From positions 1-64,000 of the forward strand of contig JAUCBJ010007494.1 in assembly GCA_032718475.1 (NCBI GenBank): 64,000 nt of DNA, given 5' to 3'. Position 1 is the first letter of the stretch. Every line of letters starts with the position of its first letter. The translations under genes were made by a program, and so were the position numbers. Below the pieces are notes generated by a model. That model was not told the origin of the DNA. It searched no databases and saw only the letters and a program-made list of their open reading frames with translations. This document shows positions 12,103 to 22,403 of this stretch, one piece after another. The DNA comes from Nemertoderma westbladi (taxonomy: Eukaryota > Animalia > Xenacoelomorpha).

Positions 12103-12196
12103 ACTGAACCAATTTGTATTGTTGCTAGGTAACAGTTTGAATCAGCTGGTCAGCTGATTCAAACTGTTACCTAGCAACAATACAAATTGGTTCAGT
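12103..12196. repeat. Perfect inverted repeat, 46-bp arms with a 2-nt spacer
   Basis: ACTGAACCAATTTG...AATCAGCTG gt CAGCTGATT...CAAATTGGTTCAGT. Confidence 0.95.
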
Positions 12197-12258
12197 TCAC
12201 CGGTCTGCCACTACTGCCGGTACCCAACAAAACCCGCCAGACCTCTAACATCTAAGAT

Positions 12259-12580
12259 CTAAGCCGTCCGGGGCACGTCCATCAGTCCGTCCATCAGGGA
12301 CGACCGGAGTAAGGCGAAGTAGATGCGTCGCCGCACCCACGCTACCGACTCCGGGTAGGGAACCTGTCGTTTCTCCGACAACGCCAGCCGCTTAACAAAC
12401 TGCTTCGCAGCCGGCGCCAGGCCCCCGAACGCGGAAAATATGAGGAGGGTGAAGGTTGAGTGCTCAACCTCACGGATCTGCTCCTCACATCTCCGGATCT
12501 TCCTCGCCTCGTGATGGAGGTGGGCGGCGTCCAGCGACATCGCTGCGTTAGTGTCCGCCAGCGGGTTGAACACCGGCACC
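12259..12580 (-). pseudogene. 3' fragment of a CRE-like non-LTR retrotransposon (restriction-like endonuclease C-terminus)
   Basis: VFNPLA...HEARKIR...VEHSTFTLLIFSAFGGLA...FVKRLA...WVRRRIYFALLRS matches the RLE tail of metazoan CRE-type elements as I recall it; GC-rich island in AT-rich context. Confidence 0.7.
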
Positions 12581-12648
12581 TTTAATTTTTTTATTATTTT
12601 TTCACTGTTCAAGTAAATTAAATTGATGTAAAAATTAGCGACGCCCCT

Positions 12649-12850
12649 GTCTGTAACTGGTAGGCCGGTGCCAGCAGTTTGTTGGTAACTGGAAGCCAGG
12701 CGGCAGCAGTCTTTCTTTGACAGTTAATCATAAGAATGTAATTTAAAGTGATAACTAACACACAGTGGTATCTATACTAAGGTTAGTTACTAATAATTGT
12801 TCTATAAAGGTCTTAATACTTGCCGCCTTTGATTGCTTTTATGATACTTT
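12649..12850. repeat. Dispersed repeat: remnant 32-bp minisatellite units plus unique flank; second copy at ~49760-49950
   Basis: TAAGAATGTAATTTAAAGTGATAACTAACACAC...CTTGCCGCCTTTGATTGC is shared with 49819-49925. Confidence 0.8.
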
Positions 12851-13044
12851 ATTGATTGCATTAGCTCTCTGCTCTCAGCTCTTTTCCTTTCGGCTGTAAA
12901 TCCAACAGGCGTCTGCGACCTTTTACCTTATAAAGTGTGGGTTCGATGTTTCCTTAAACTCCGGTTTATACACTCAAAAGAATTTATTGTTCTCCAAAAT
13001 GCCAAAAACATTATCAGTACGACAACATAATCTATTTAAAAAAT

Positions 13045-13232
13045 AGAAGAATATATGAGAATATATAGAATATATGAGAATATAAAGAATATATGAGAAT
13101 ATATAAAGAATATATGAGAATATAAAGAATATATGAGAATATATAGAGAATATATGAGAATATATAAAGAATATATGAGAATATATAAAGAATATATGAG
13201 AATATATAAAGAATATATGAGAATATATAGAA
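13045..13232. repeat. AT-rich minisatellite (19-21 bp, GAATATATGAGAATATATAAA)
   Basis: Direct tandem repetition. Confidence 0.9.
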
Positions 13233-14350
13233 TACAGGAATTAACAATTATTTAAAATTATAATGTTAGACCGGTTGTTTCCTTGTCCTGTTGTTTCAAC
13301 GTACTACCTTTGTATTCTAGAATACACTATTTTATGAATTGTGTTAAAGTCAAGCAATGGAAAAAACGTGGCAAAAGCGTGGGGAAAACGTGGCAAAAAA
13401 AACGGCCAAAAATACGGCAACCAAAATGGTCCTTAACGAAATATGAAATGTCTGAGAACAACTGTTATTCCCAACCTAAACCAATTATTCAAACCATTAT
13501 TGGAATCCTGAAATAATTAGGGTGGTGGGCTTTTTACTTTTTTTCGATTCTATTGTTCTACAGGTGCACAAAAGTTGCTAAATAGTAAAAAAGTAAGGCA
13601 AAAAAAATTATTTAAGTTTCGTCTATATCTTCGCGGATCCCAAGAGGGTTGAAAATTGAGCCCATGCGATGCACCATAATGAGATATATAACAATATAAC
13701 ACATTGATGAAAGCTCAATGACTCAAAGAAAGAACTTCCTGCATGCATCAAATGTGATCAAATGGGTCCAAACTTAGTTAGATAGTTGGGACTAAGGGAA
13801 GTAGTGCCACGGGCACATGGCCAGAACCTACACTTTGGCACAAGTAACTCTTATTCTCAATTTTGGTGATGGACAACTTTTAGGCTATAAAAAGGCTGTA
13901 ATGTAGACTTGTGCCTGACTTCCCATTTTCTGCGATATCTCAAGAACTATTCGCTCTACGTTTGTTTTGAAGGTGTCTACCCCCACTGAGTCGGACATTG
14001 CGGTTCTAATGAGCATAATATTAATGCCGTAGGAGAACTCAAAGTTGGCCATGGCGAAAATTGAGAATAATCTAGTGGCACTAGTTCCATTGATCCAAAA
14101 ATTTAAATTTTGGTATCTAACTAGGTTTGGACCAATTTGAAGACATTTGATGCAGGGAGGAAGTTCTTTCTTTGAGTCATTGATCTTTCATCAATGTGTT
14201 ATATTTTATATATCTCATTATGGAACTTGAGTTATACAGTGTTTTTTTTATACTCCACAAAGCGTAGCGCATGCCTGAGTTTGTTGTAACTATCGATGAC
14301 ATATTATTGAGTATATTATATTAATATGAACATATTGCATATTGCTATTG

Positions 14351-17300
14351 AATTTATTTATTTATTTATTTTTTTTTTTAAACTGCGCCCCCACGCGGGG
14401 CAAATGGAGACCTTTATTTCGATTCATTCAAATATTTACATAAGATACTCAATAAAATAAAACAATTTATATTATACATTCATATAAAAATCTGTTAAAA
14501 AGTTATTGACTTATTATATTTACAATTCTTAAGGCCTTTATCTTTATTGTAGACTATTATTGTGCCGCTAGAGATGACAGTTCAGGTGAGCTCGAGCATT
14601 CTAGAACATGGTAAAGGTCCTCGGCGCTGTTACCGCAATATTTGCACGTGCAAGTTTGCATTCTTTCATGAAACGGGGTTGTTCTGGAGCAAATTATATG
14701 GTGGAAACCATGCGCGGTTGTTCTTGTTATTATGTGGCGATTCCTTTGATTAGTGGATCTCCAGACGTTAGACTTGAAGGCTGGCCCCAATATATACCCT
14801 TGACCTGAAAAGTTATTATCCCTTTCCGTTCGAAAATTGCGGTAGAGTTCTAATGCGGCTGGGTTGATAATATTGGGATACTGCTCACATATATCTTCGG
14901 TGAGGGTTTTGCAGTTGGTAAGGTTGTGAGCCAGGGTAGACGATGCGTTTGTCGGAAGTGATAATAGGCGTTTTAGAAAGGTAGATTTAATTTTGTCCAG
15001 TTCTTTAAGATTTGAGACTGTCAGATGTGGAGCTATTTCCGGGAAAGCGTAAGTTACGGCGGGGTATATTTTTATTTTGAAGATTTTTACACCAGTTTTG
15101 ATAGAGACGAGGTTCAGATTTCTCAAGCAGCCTATTAGAGTGTAGGACCGTTGTTTTTTATTCTCAATGTGTTGGGTAAAGCACAATGTAGGTTGTAGAG
15201 TGACCCCTAGGTAGGTGTACCGGTTAGTTATTTCTATTGGGAGGCCCCCGTATTTGAACACATCAGCCTTAGCCAGTCTTCCACCACGCCGAAATTTGAT
15301 AACTTTTGTTTTATCTAAATTTACATGCATTTTATTTAGTTTACACCACTCATATAGTTGATCTAGCCCAGCTTGGATAGCTTCTTTTTCTGTAGAATAG
15401 AGAACAAGATCATCTGCGAAAAATATAAATAGTAGTGCCGATCCTATACGTCGGAGTAAAGTCGAGAGATCCGCAATAAACATGATGAAACCAGTTGGTG
15501 AAAAACAGTCACCTTGTAGTATTCCACGTAATTGGACTATTGGTGAAGAGTATTTAATACCATCATAGATTTTAACAGAGTTATTAAAGATTGCCCGAAT
15601 AAGTTGAAATAACTTCCCTTTTATTCCAAATTGTGTGTACATCTTATTCAGCAATATATTTCTATCGACCAAGTCGAACGCCTTTCTGAAGTCAACAAAG
15701 ACGGCATATACCGGTTTGGAGTTAGTATTATGCACAGTGACATTTACAAACTCTATGAATTTCTTAAGTGCCTGCCTCGTCGACCGCCCGGTAATGAACC
15801 CATATTGCTCTGTGGGTAACATAGTCTTTATCTTGGATATAACACGTGCATTTATCATTGATGTAAATATCTTCAAAAGTACACATATCATGGCCACCCC
15901 CCTATAGTTTCCGGGGTCACTGTAGCTACCCTTGCCTTTATATAATATTTTTATAATGCTGGTCTTCCAAATCTGGGGAATGTAACTCACATTCAGACAT
16001 GTGTTGAACAATAACACTAGGATGGTGATCATGTAAGGTATCACTTGCTTGAAATGTTCATAGAACAGACCATCTGTGCCGCAAGCTTTCCCATTTGCTG
16101 TTCTGTTGATGGCGTTGTTCACCTCTGTTTCACCGAACGGCTGATTATACCAATCGTCCGATTCGTTTTCACCTGGTACCGGTGTGAAAAATGGTTGATT
16201 TGGTGGTGATTCTGGTGATGTTTCGTTTTGGCCGATAAGAGTTTCAAAATGCTGTTCTAGAATTTTCAGATCTATTGGAGCTACAGTTGCGACCCTTGCA
16301 TCTTTCCACAATGACCAAGGGGTTATCTCGGATTGGCGGAGTCTGTTTAGTAGAAGCTCTTCTTTATGTGCTAACATTTTAACTTTGATAAGACGCTTAT
16401 ATTCTTTCCGAAGAGACCAATAACTTGTAACATTATTGGAGTAGACACGCTGTTCATGCAGGATTGACATGAGTTCACGTTTCTTCGACTTGCACTCGTC
16501 ATCGTACCAGGGTTGATGATGAGAGCGGGATTTATGGTGCTTCTGTGAAGCTGCTGAGATTGTGTTGTTGATATTATCAACCGCTGTATCTATTTCACCT
16601 TCGAGCAGATAGGAAATGATATCATTTTTTCGGAGTTCTTCTTCTAGGATATTAGTGTTTAACTTTCGTGATAGTTGAGGAGCTGGTTTATCAATATACT
16701 CGTTGTTAAAGGCTATAACAATATGTAAATCAACCCGTTGGTGTTTACGAATTGGGTGTAATCTAATAGTTACAGACGACGCACGCACCTCAATGTCTGA
16801 GGGGACGCGTGTGTAATAGAGATCGATGGTGCTCGTTCCTTGTGGAGAATAGTAAGTACACTCTGAAGATTTGTTTTGCACCGTAAATCCCAGGATTTGC
16901 AGGTTGGTCCTGAGGTCAGTTCCGCGGGTTCCAGTTGCTCTGTCGTCGATTCGACAATTAAAATCACCTCCAAGTATAATCGGTACTTCAGGATTAGTGA
17001 AGGTAAGCGCCTCGCTGATAGAAAGCAGAATATCCTCTATACTTGTCTCAGGGTTAAAGTAAAAAGCTAGTATGTATGCAGCATTCGTTCTAAGAACTAA
17101 GTAATTGTCAGTTACGGCGATTTCTTTTGGAGAGAGTTCAGGTTTAGCAAGGATTACTAGTCCGCCCTGAGGTCGGCCCCTTCCTGAGTTCCGAGCAGGT
17201 TGCACGTAAGAGTAAAATCCAGGGAATGAAAACTCTTTTTTGCAATAAAATGTCTCAGTTAACAAAAGTAGGTCTGCCTCCCCAACTACTTCCCGATTAC

Positions 17301-17462
17301 TTAGTGTTTCATGAACATAATTCAACCCTTCTACATTCCAAAGCGCGAGTTTTAGTGATCGCATCGGTGTTTGTTCGGAGTCTGAGGTACATTGCACATC
17401 GGAAACTTCGGTAAGGGGGGATGAACCCGTAGCTTCTACATTCCATAAACCGTTTTTTTTTT
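14351..17462 (-). mobile_element. Young 5'-truncated non-LTR retrotransposon (APE-RT; RTEX/L2-group-like, clade uncertain)
   Basis: Flanked by a 61-bp direct duplication (14290-14350 and 17463-17523); A-run plus (TAAA)n 3' tail; GC stem-loop in the 3' UTR near 14387-14401. Confidence 0.9.
14557..17364 (-). CDS. LINE ORF2: AP endonuclease, reverse transcriptase and C-terminal Cys/His finger (about 935 aa)
   Basis: WNVEGL, LTET, GGDFN, STIDL (APE); NYRGV, DFRKAFD, QGDCFSP, FADD, YLGV (RT); CKYC..EDLYHVLEC. The track's ATG at 17475 lies in the target duplication, so the ATG at 17364 is preferred. Confidence 0.92.
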   Translation of the reverse strand: MRSLKLALWNVEGLNYVHETLSNREVVGEADLLLLTETFYCKKEFSFPGFYSYVQPARNSGRGRPQGGLVILAKPELSPKEIAVTDNYLVLRTNAAYILAFYFNPETSIEDILLSISEALTFTNPEVPIILGGDFNCRIDDRATGTRGTDLRTNLQILGFTVQNKSSECTYYSPQGTSTIDLYYTRVPSDIEVRASSVTIRLHPIRKHQRVDLHIVIAFNNEYIDKPAPQLSRKLNTNILEEELRKNDIISYLLEGEIDTAVDNINNTISAASQKHHKSRSHHQPWYDDECKSKKRELMSILHEQRVYSNNVTSYWSLRKEYKRLIKVKMLAHKEELLLNRLRQSEITPWSLWKDARVATVAPIDLKILEQHFETLIGQNETSPESPPNQPFFTPVPGENESDDWYNQPFGETEVNNAINRTANGKACGTDGLFYEHFKQVIPYMITILVLLFNTCLNVSYIPQIWKTSIIKILYKGKGSYSDPGNYRGVAMICVLLKIFTSMINARVISKIKTMLPTEQYGFITGRSTRQALKKFIEFVNVTVHNTNSKPVYAVFVDFRKAFDLVDRNILLNKMYTQFGIKGKLFQLIRAIFNNSVKIYDGIKYSSPIVQLRGILQGDCFSPTGFIMFIADLSTLLRRIGSALLFIFFADDLVLYSTEKEAIQAGLDQLYEWCKLNKMHVNLDKTKVIKFRRGGRLAKADVFKYGGLPIEITNRYTYLGVTLQPTLCFTQHIENKKQRSYTLIGCLRNLNLVSIKTGVKIFKIKIYPAVTYAFPEIAPHLTVSNLKELDKIKSTFLKRLLSLPTNASSTLAHNLTNCKTLTEDICEQYPNIINPAALELYRNFRTERDNNFSGQGYILGPAFKSNVWRSTNQRNRHIITRTTAHGFHHIICSRTTPFHERMQTCTCKYCGNSAEDLYHVLECSSSPELSSLAAQ

Positions 17463-18989
17463 CTATCGATGACATATTATTGAGTATATTATATTAATAT
17501 GAACATATTGCATATTGCTATTGCATTTATTTATATATACCGTTCAGTCATTTAGTAGTTCACATTCATAGAATGGGCCAGTATTGGTTGACAGAAGGAG
17601 ATACGCAATGCGTATCCCATTGCGCCTCATAATAGCCTCTCGTCAACAAGTCAACCCCACCGACTAGCGGCACTGGCTGTTTCAGCTGACGGGGCTCTGT
17701 CGAAAGACGCGTCCCTGATGCAGTAAGGGCCCTCTTTTGAGGAACAATATTATTATTGCCGCGTAACTGTTTTTACTCTAGATCTAGGCCAGACCTAGCC
17801 AGAAGTAGAATCGAGGCCAGCCCCCCCCCCCCCCCCCCCGCCCCAATGACGCAGAGGCAGACCAACAACACACCTCTACCGATGTCGGAGAGTAAAATAT
17901 TAATTATAATTAAAATTATAGAATACAGGATAAGTTTGATCCAAGCAATGCAACGAAACCTGTAAGTTAGAAAATGCATGGTCCCAATATTTGCAAAATA
18001 ATTACAAAGTCCTACATTTATTTTGCATGAGATACTAACAACCCGTCACTAACCACAACAAACGTACTGTATAGTACAGTAGTAGCCTATCGTATTCGCC
18101 CAAATACGGCAGTATAACTCTGGGTTCAGAGAACGTGTACATATTGACAGGCCGCAATCCCCTGATACAGTACCAAGCATGTATTTGATATAAATATTAG
18201 ATTTCTACTTCCATACAATTCTCATTGATTACGCATGTCAATGTTATAATTAAAACAGTCAATTTGATATATTCTTCCGATTCCATAGGCGGCTTACACA
18301 CCAACTCCCACCCTACAGCCCTATTTATCCCAATCCATCAATTTTTGTCACAGGTGGTCTGAGGATACTACATTATACAAAATGAGTTTTCCAACCTGAT
18401 AACTCTGTTTAATTTGACAATGTTTATAATAATAACTTCACCTCGATCCATATACCATATGCATCAAACAGTCTTGCAATGTAATAAATCTGCCCAATAA
18501 CTCATTGAACCGGAAGGACTCCCCTGGCTGACAACATATATCAAAGCTAAAGTAAACACTATCTCTCCTTCATAGACTTATGTCTTCAATATACTACCCA
18601 GAGACAGTCAGTCCCAGGTTATACAAAATTAGTTACCTCGGAGCCAGCAGCTGCTACAGAGTATTACATAACACAAATCCATTTACTATAACATTGCCTT
18701 TCTTTCCATTTCTTTGTCACATTTTCTCAGTTACCCCCCCCCCCCCCCCCCACACCCCTCCCCACCCCTATAAGCAGTCTCATCAAACCACCTGAACTAT
18801 TGCAGGAGTTAAAAGTATCACATTGTCCTAATCCAAATCAACTTGAGAGACAAAGAGCAGCGTTTATTTATTTATTTTTCAGATACATCGCCAACACTTT
18901 CTTATTTTAGTTCATATTAAGTATAACTTATAAACTCTTAACCCAGTGGCTCCCTACTGTAAGAAATGTACGTACGCCAAATGTCAATA

Positions 18990-19153
18990 TGTGCACCGCC
19001 TCGTCGGATTCCGAGTGGCCCACACCCGCCCAGGTGTGCCCACTGCGGATCTTCCGTAGTAAACCAATTTGGTCAGGTCAAATCCAAACATTCGCTGGAG
19101 ATCACCAAATGGGGCGCTATGTGAAGTACCGTGCAGACACGATGATGACGATG
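18990..19153 (+). mobile_element. Degenerate retroposon 3' end with a (GAT)n tail, possibly RTE-like
   Basis: GATGATGACGATG tail abuts a 14-bp duplication ATATCTCATTATGG (14210-14223 and 19154-19167). Confidence 0.45.
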
Positions 19154-20024
19154 ATATCTCATTATGGTGCATCGCGACGGCTCAAAATTTCAACCCTTTT
19201 GGGATCTGTGAAGATATAGAGGAAAAGAAATTTTTTTTGCTTTATTTTTTTACCATTTGGCAACTTTTGTGCACCGGTAGAACAATGAAATAAAAAAAAA
19301 GTAAAAAACGAACCACCCTAGAAATCATTTTTAAATTTTTTTGGCCAGACGAATGACGAGGCTCCTATCAGTTGTCCCCCAACTCATTTCAGATTTCTTG
19401 TAATGTGGTGGATATTTCAAAATTTTCTGCCACGCCCACTTTTTGTAGTAGCATGTAAAATTATATTTGAGATGACAACACTCAATAGTTTAACCACTTA
19501 AGACATTCCCCATAAGAGCTTCTCGTATCATCCCCATAAGAGCTTTCCCCTTTTTGAGATTTTGAATAGCCTAATGTACCTCCTCTTCTTCAAATGGTTC
19601 AAATAAAAAGGTTTTAAAGTTATTCCTAGATTAATTTATCGAGATATTAGTACTTACTGTAGCCAAGTTACAACAGTACCAACAAAATCATATTTACCAC
19701 TGTTTAATTCCCTGTAATGTTTCTCGAAAGTATATTGATATCAGTATTACCAGTGTCACATTCGTTGCCGCTACATTTCTGTTTCCAAATTTTTTACTGT
19801 CTCTCTGGCTGAGACTTGCTAGAATTTTTGACTGACTTAATTTCTAGTCATGTCTCGAATTCCGTAAGACTTTCTATATTTAATACGGGCCTCGTTTACA
19901 AGATGATATGATGCTGTTGTTATTGCAACGGCATTTATTTACTTTATTATTTAAATCCATAGGCAGGCCTACACCGCATTATATATTTCACTAAATTCCG
20001 AATTACCCCCCGTCACCTTTTATA

Positions 20025-20650
20025 TTAACCCTATTGACATATGGTCTGCGTGACTTTTCCTAAAATTTAATGGGCTATCCAACAGCCAAAACGCCATTTA
20101 CATGACTATGCTAGTTTTCGTGCTGTGGTCCCGTGTTCTGGCACCCATCATCAGTTTTTTTCGTGCAAAAATTTTCAAAAATTTTTTGGCTCACTAACTA
20201 ACATCAATTTATTTCCAGTATATAACGGTTTTTAGGAAGCTGATCACGAATCAAATATGACACTGAAATATATCGTATATTGAAGATTAGGGCATTTTAG
20301 TATTTGTGTCAATATGCGCACCAAAAATACAATTGAAGCACACATTTGATAATCAAAAATCATAACCAAATCAACCTGATTGTTAGATATTATGGGTTAA
20401 CTGGTACGCTGATAACGAATATGACACCCAAAAATATCGTATTATCCATCAAAATTCTATATTTGCAAAATTTAAGAGTTTATAATTTTGTGCTAGGCCT
20501 ACTTGTACTTTTTGTTCTGGGGCACAAGAATGGCACCAAAAATGGATCTGCATTACCGGAAATATTTATAACTATCGTCATCGTGATCAGCGACCTCAAA
20601 AACCCTTATACCATCAAAATTGTAATTTCTCGGAGTCGGATTGATTTAAA
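20025..20650. mobile_element. MITE-like fragment; related inverted fragment at ~56050-56120
   Basis: TTAACCCTATT start. TAGTTTTCGTGCTGTGGTCCC...TGGCACCCAT...TTTTTCGTGC is mirrored at ~56050-56120. Confidence 0.4.
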
Positions 20651-20652
20651 GT

Positions 20653-20957
20653 CGGATTGGGCTGAGGCTGGTGGAAGGGTGGAGCTGCAGCCACAGTGGG
20701 TGGTATAGGGAGGAGCAATTGGATTGGGCTGAGTCTGGTGGGAGGGTGGAGCTGGAGCCACAGCGGGTGGCATAGGGAGGAGCAGTTGGATTGGGCTGAG
20801 GCTTGTGGAAGGGTGGAGCTGGAGCGACAGCGGGAGGTATAGGGAGGAGCAGTTGGATTGGGCTGAGGCTGGTGGATAGGTGGAGCTGGAGCCACAGCGG
20901 GTGGTATAGGGAGGAGCAGTTGGATTGGGCTGAGGCTAGTGGAATGGTGGAGCAGCT
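20653..20957. repeat. Left remnant of the 67-bp G-rich satellite (about 4.5 units)
   Basis: Same unit as 38555-47095; fused directly to gag sequence of element A. Confidence 0.95.
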
Positions 20958-22403
20958 CATCAAGCCCAAATGTGTGTTGTGCGACGGGCCCCATTGTTTA
21001 AGTGTGTGTGAGGAGTTCCTAAAGAAATCCCTAAAAGATAGACGCAAAGTCATGTGGGATAAGCGGTTGTGTTATAATTGTCTCAGACGAGGACACCAAC
21101 GGCGAACCTGTTACTCCGACGCAAGGTGTGCAAAGTGCGGCGCGAAACATCATATTTTGTTGCACACCGAATTCGAAAGAAACAGCCCGAGTCAGGTAAG
21201 TGAATCTGAACTACATGTCCAATTCAGTGATGTGAACGACACTGACCAAAGTTCTGAGATGGAAGAATTCTATACGGATGAATTCTCCGACAAAAACGAA
21301 TCCTGTTACTTAATAAATACCGCAGTGTACCGAGCACTTACGTATGAGAAGGAAACCGACAGTGAGCTCCCCCTAACTACTCCTGACAGACAACCATCTT
21401 GGAAAGCACCAACTTCCAACGTAGGAATCCGAGAATTTCCCGTAGTGCAGTTGAGAGTCCACGGAGTAAATAACAGCTTATAGTGAACGCCCTCCTTGAC
21501 TCCGGCAGCACTGGAACATTCATCGACAAAGAACTAGCCGAAGACATCTTTGCTGGACAACCCAAGTTCCGAACTAAGTTAAACATGTCAGGAATTATGC
21601 ATGTTTGGAAATCTACAGTAATTGCAGATTACTATGTAGGTGCGTTGTCCACCCCCCAGGATGAACTAGGAGAACACAGTATAAGGTCAGTAAAAATGGT
21701 GGCGATAAAGAACTTCGCTACCAGCCAAGTGGAACCTTATAACTGGGACGAGGATGATTGCACCCAGCAGCTTAAGATACCAAGATTCAACACAGACTAC
21801 CCTGGAGTGCAAATACTCATCGGCCAAAATGCACATGAGGCGCTTGAGACATTGGAGAAACGGCCTGTTCAACCGCAACCACTACAAGTCTATGCGGGAA
21901 GAACTAGAGTAGGTTGGTACTTTACTGGCCCTTCCCGTAGAACTCTCATGGAAAGACTGCCCAAAGAACGGGTCTACCAAGTAAGTAAATGGGAAGTGGA
22001 GGGCAGTGAGGTGGACGACCCAACTGAGGGAAGACCATACTCCTCAGATAATGACGACATCAACTCCAATGTAGATCAATGGAGACATTGCCTTGGGATG
22101 ATTAATCCAGCCAACATCGCTTCCAGAGGAACAACTCCTCAAGAACTGATAGATACTCCAGGTTGGTTAAGTGGACCCGACTTCCTAAGTAAAGAAGAAG
22201 ATGAATGGCCTCCTCATCTTACCACGGCGGAGATTAGACAGGCCAAGGGAGCGGGGAAAGTAACACAACAACTCAATCGCCCAGCTGGTCGTTTATGTTT
22301 ACTGGAAAGAGACCGAAAACTGTCCGGAAACTATGGAAGGCAATATACTCTTCCTACGACCACTTCCCTAATCCGACAAATATCTAGGGACTCCATAACA
22401 TAA
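20958..22403 (+). pseudogene. Element A gag knuckles, protease and RNase H-end remnant (frameshift near 21480)
   Basis: CVLCDGPH, CYNCLRRGH, CAKCGAKHH, LLDSGST, QWRHCLGMINPANIASRG; split across ORFs 20803-21483 and 21483-22403. Confidence 0.88.

Larger units (their letters stand above)
13520..19318. mobile_element. Long-TIR non-autonomous DNA element whose right TIR is split by nested retroposon insertions
   Basis: TA|GGGTGGT...ACCACCC|TA ends. 13520-13687 is an inverted copy of 19154-19318, and 13674-13860 is an inverted copy of ~14050-14223. Confidence 0.7.

Noticed and set aside
17950-18720. Possible decayed minus-strand RT fragment
   Set aside because: Too degenerate to support by eye; needs a translated search
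20803-21483. Satellite-gag fusion ORF as a real chimeric protein
   Set aside because: Non-ATG start inside the repeat; a by-product of the deletion junction
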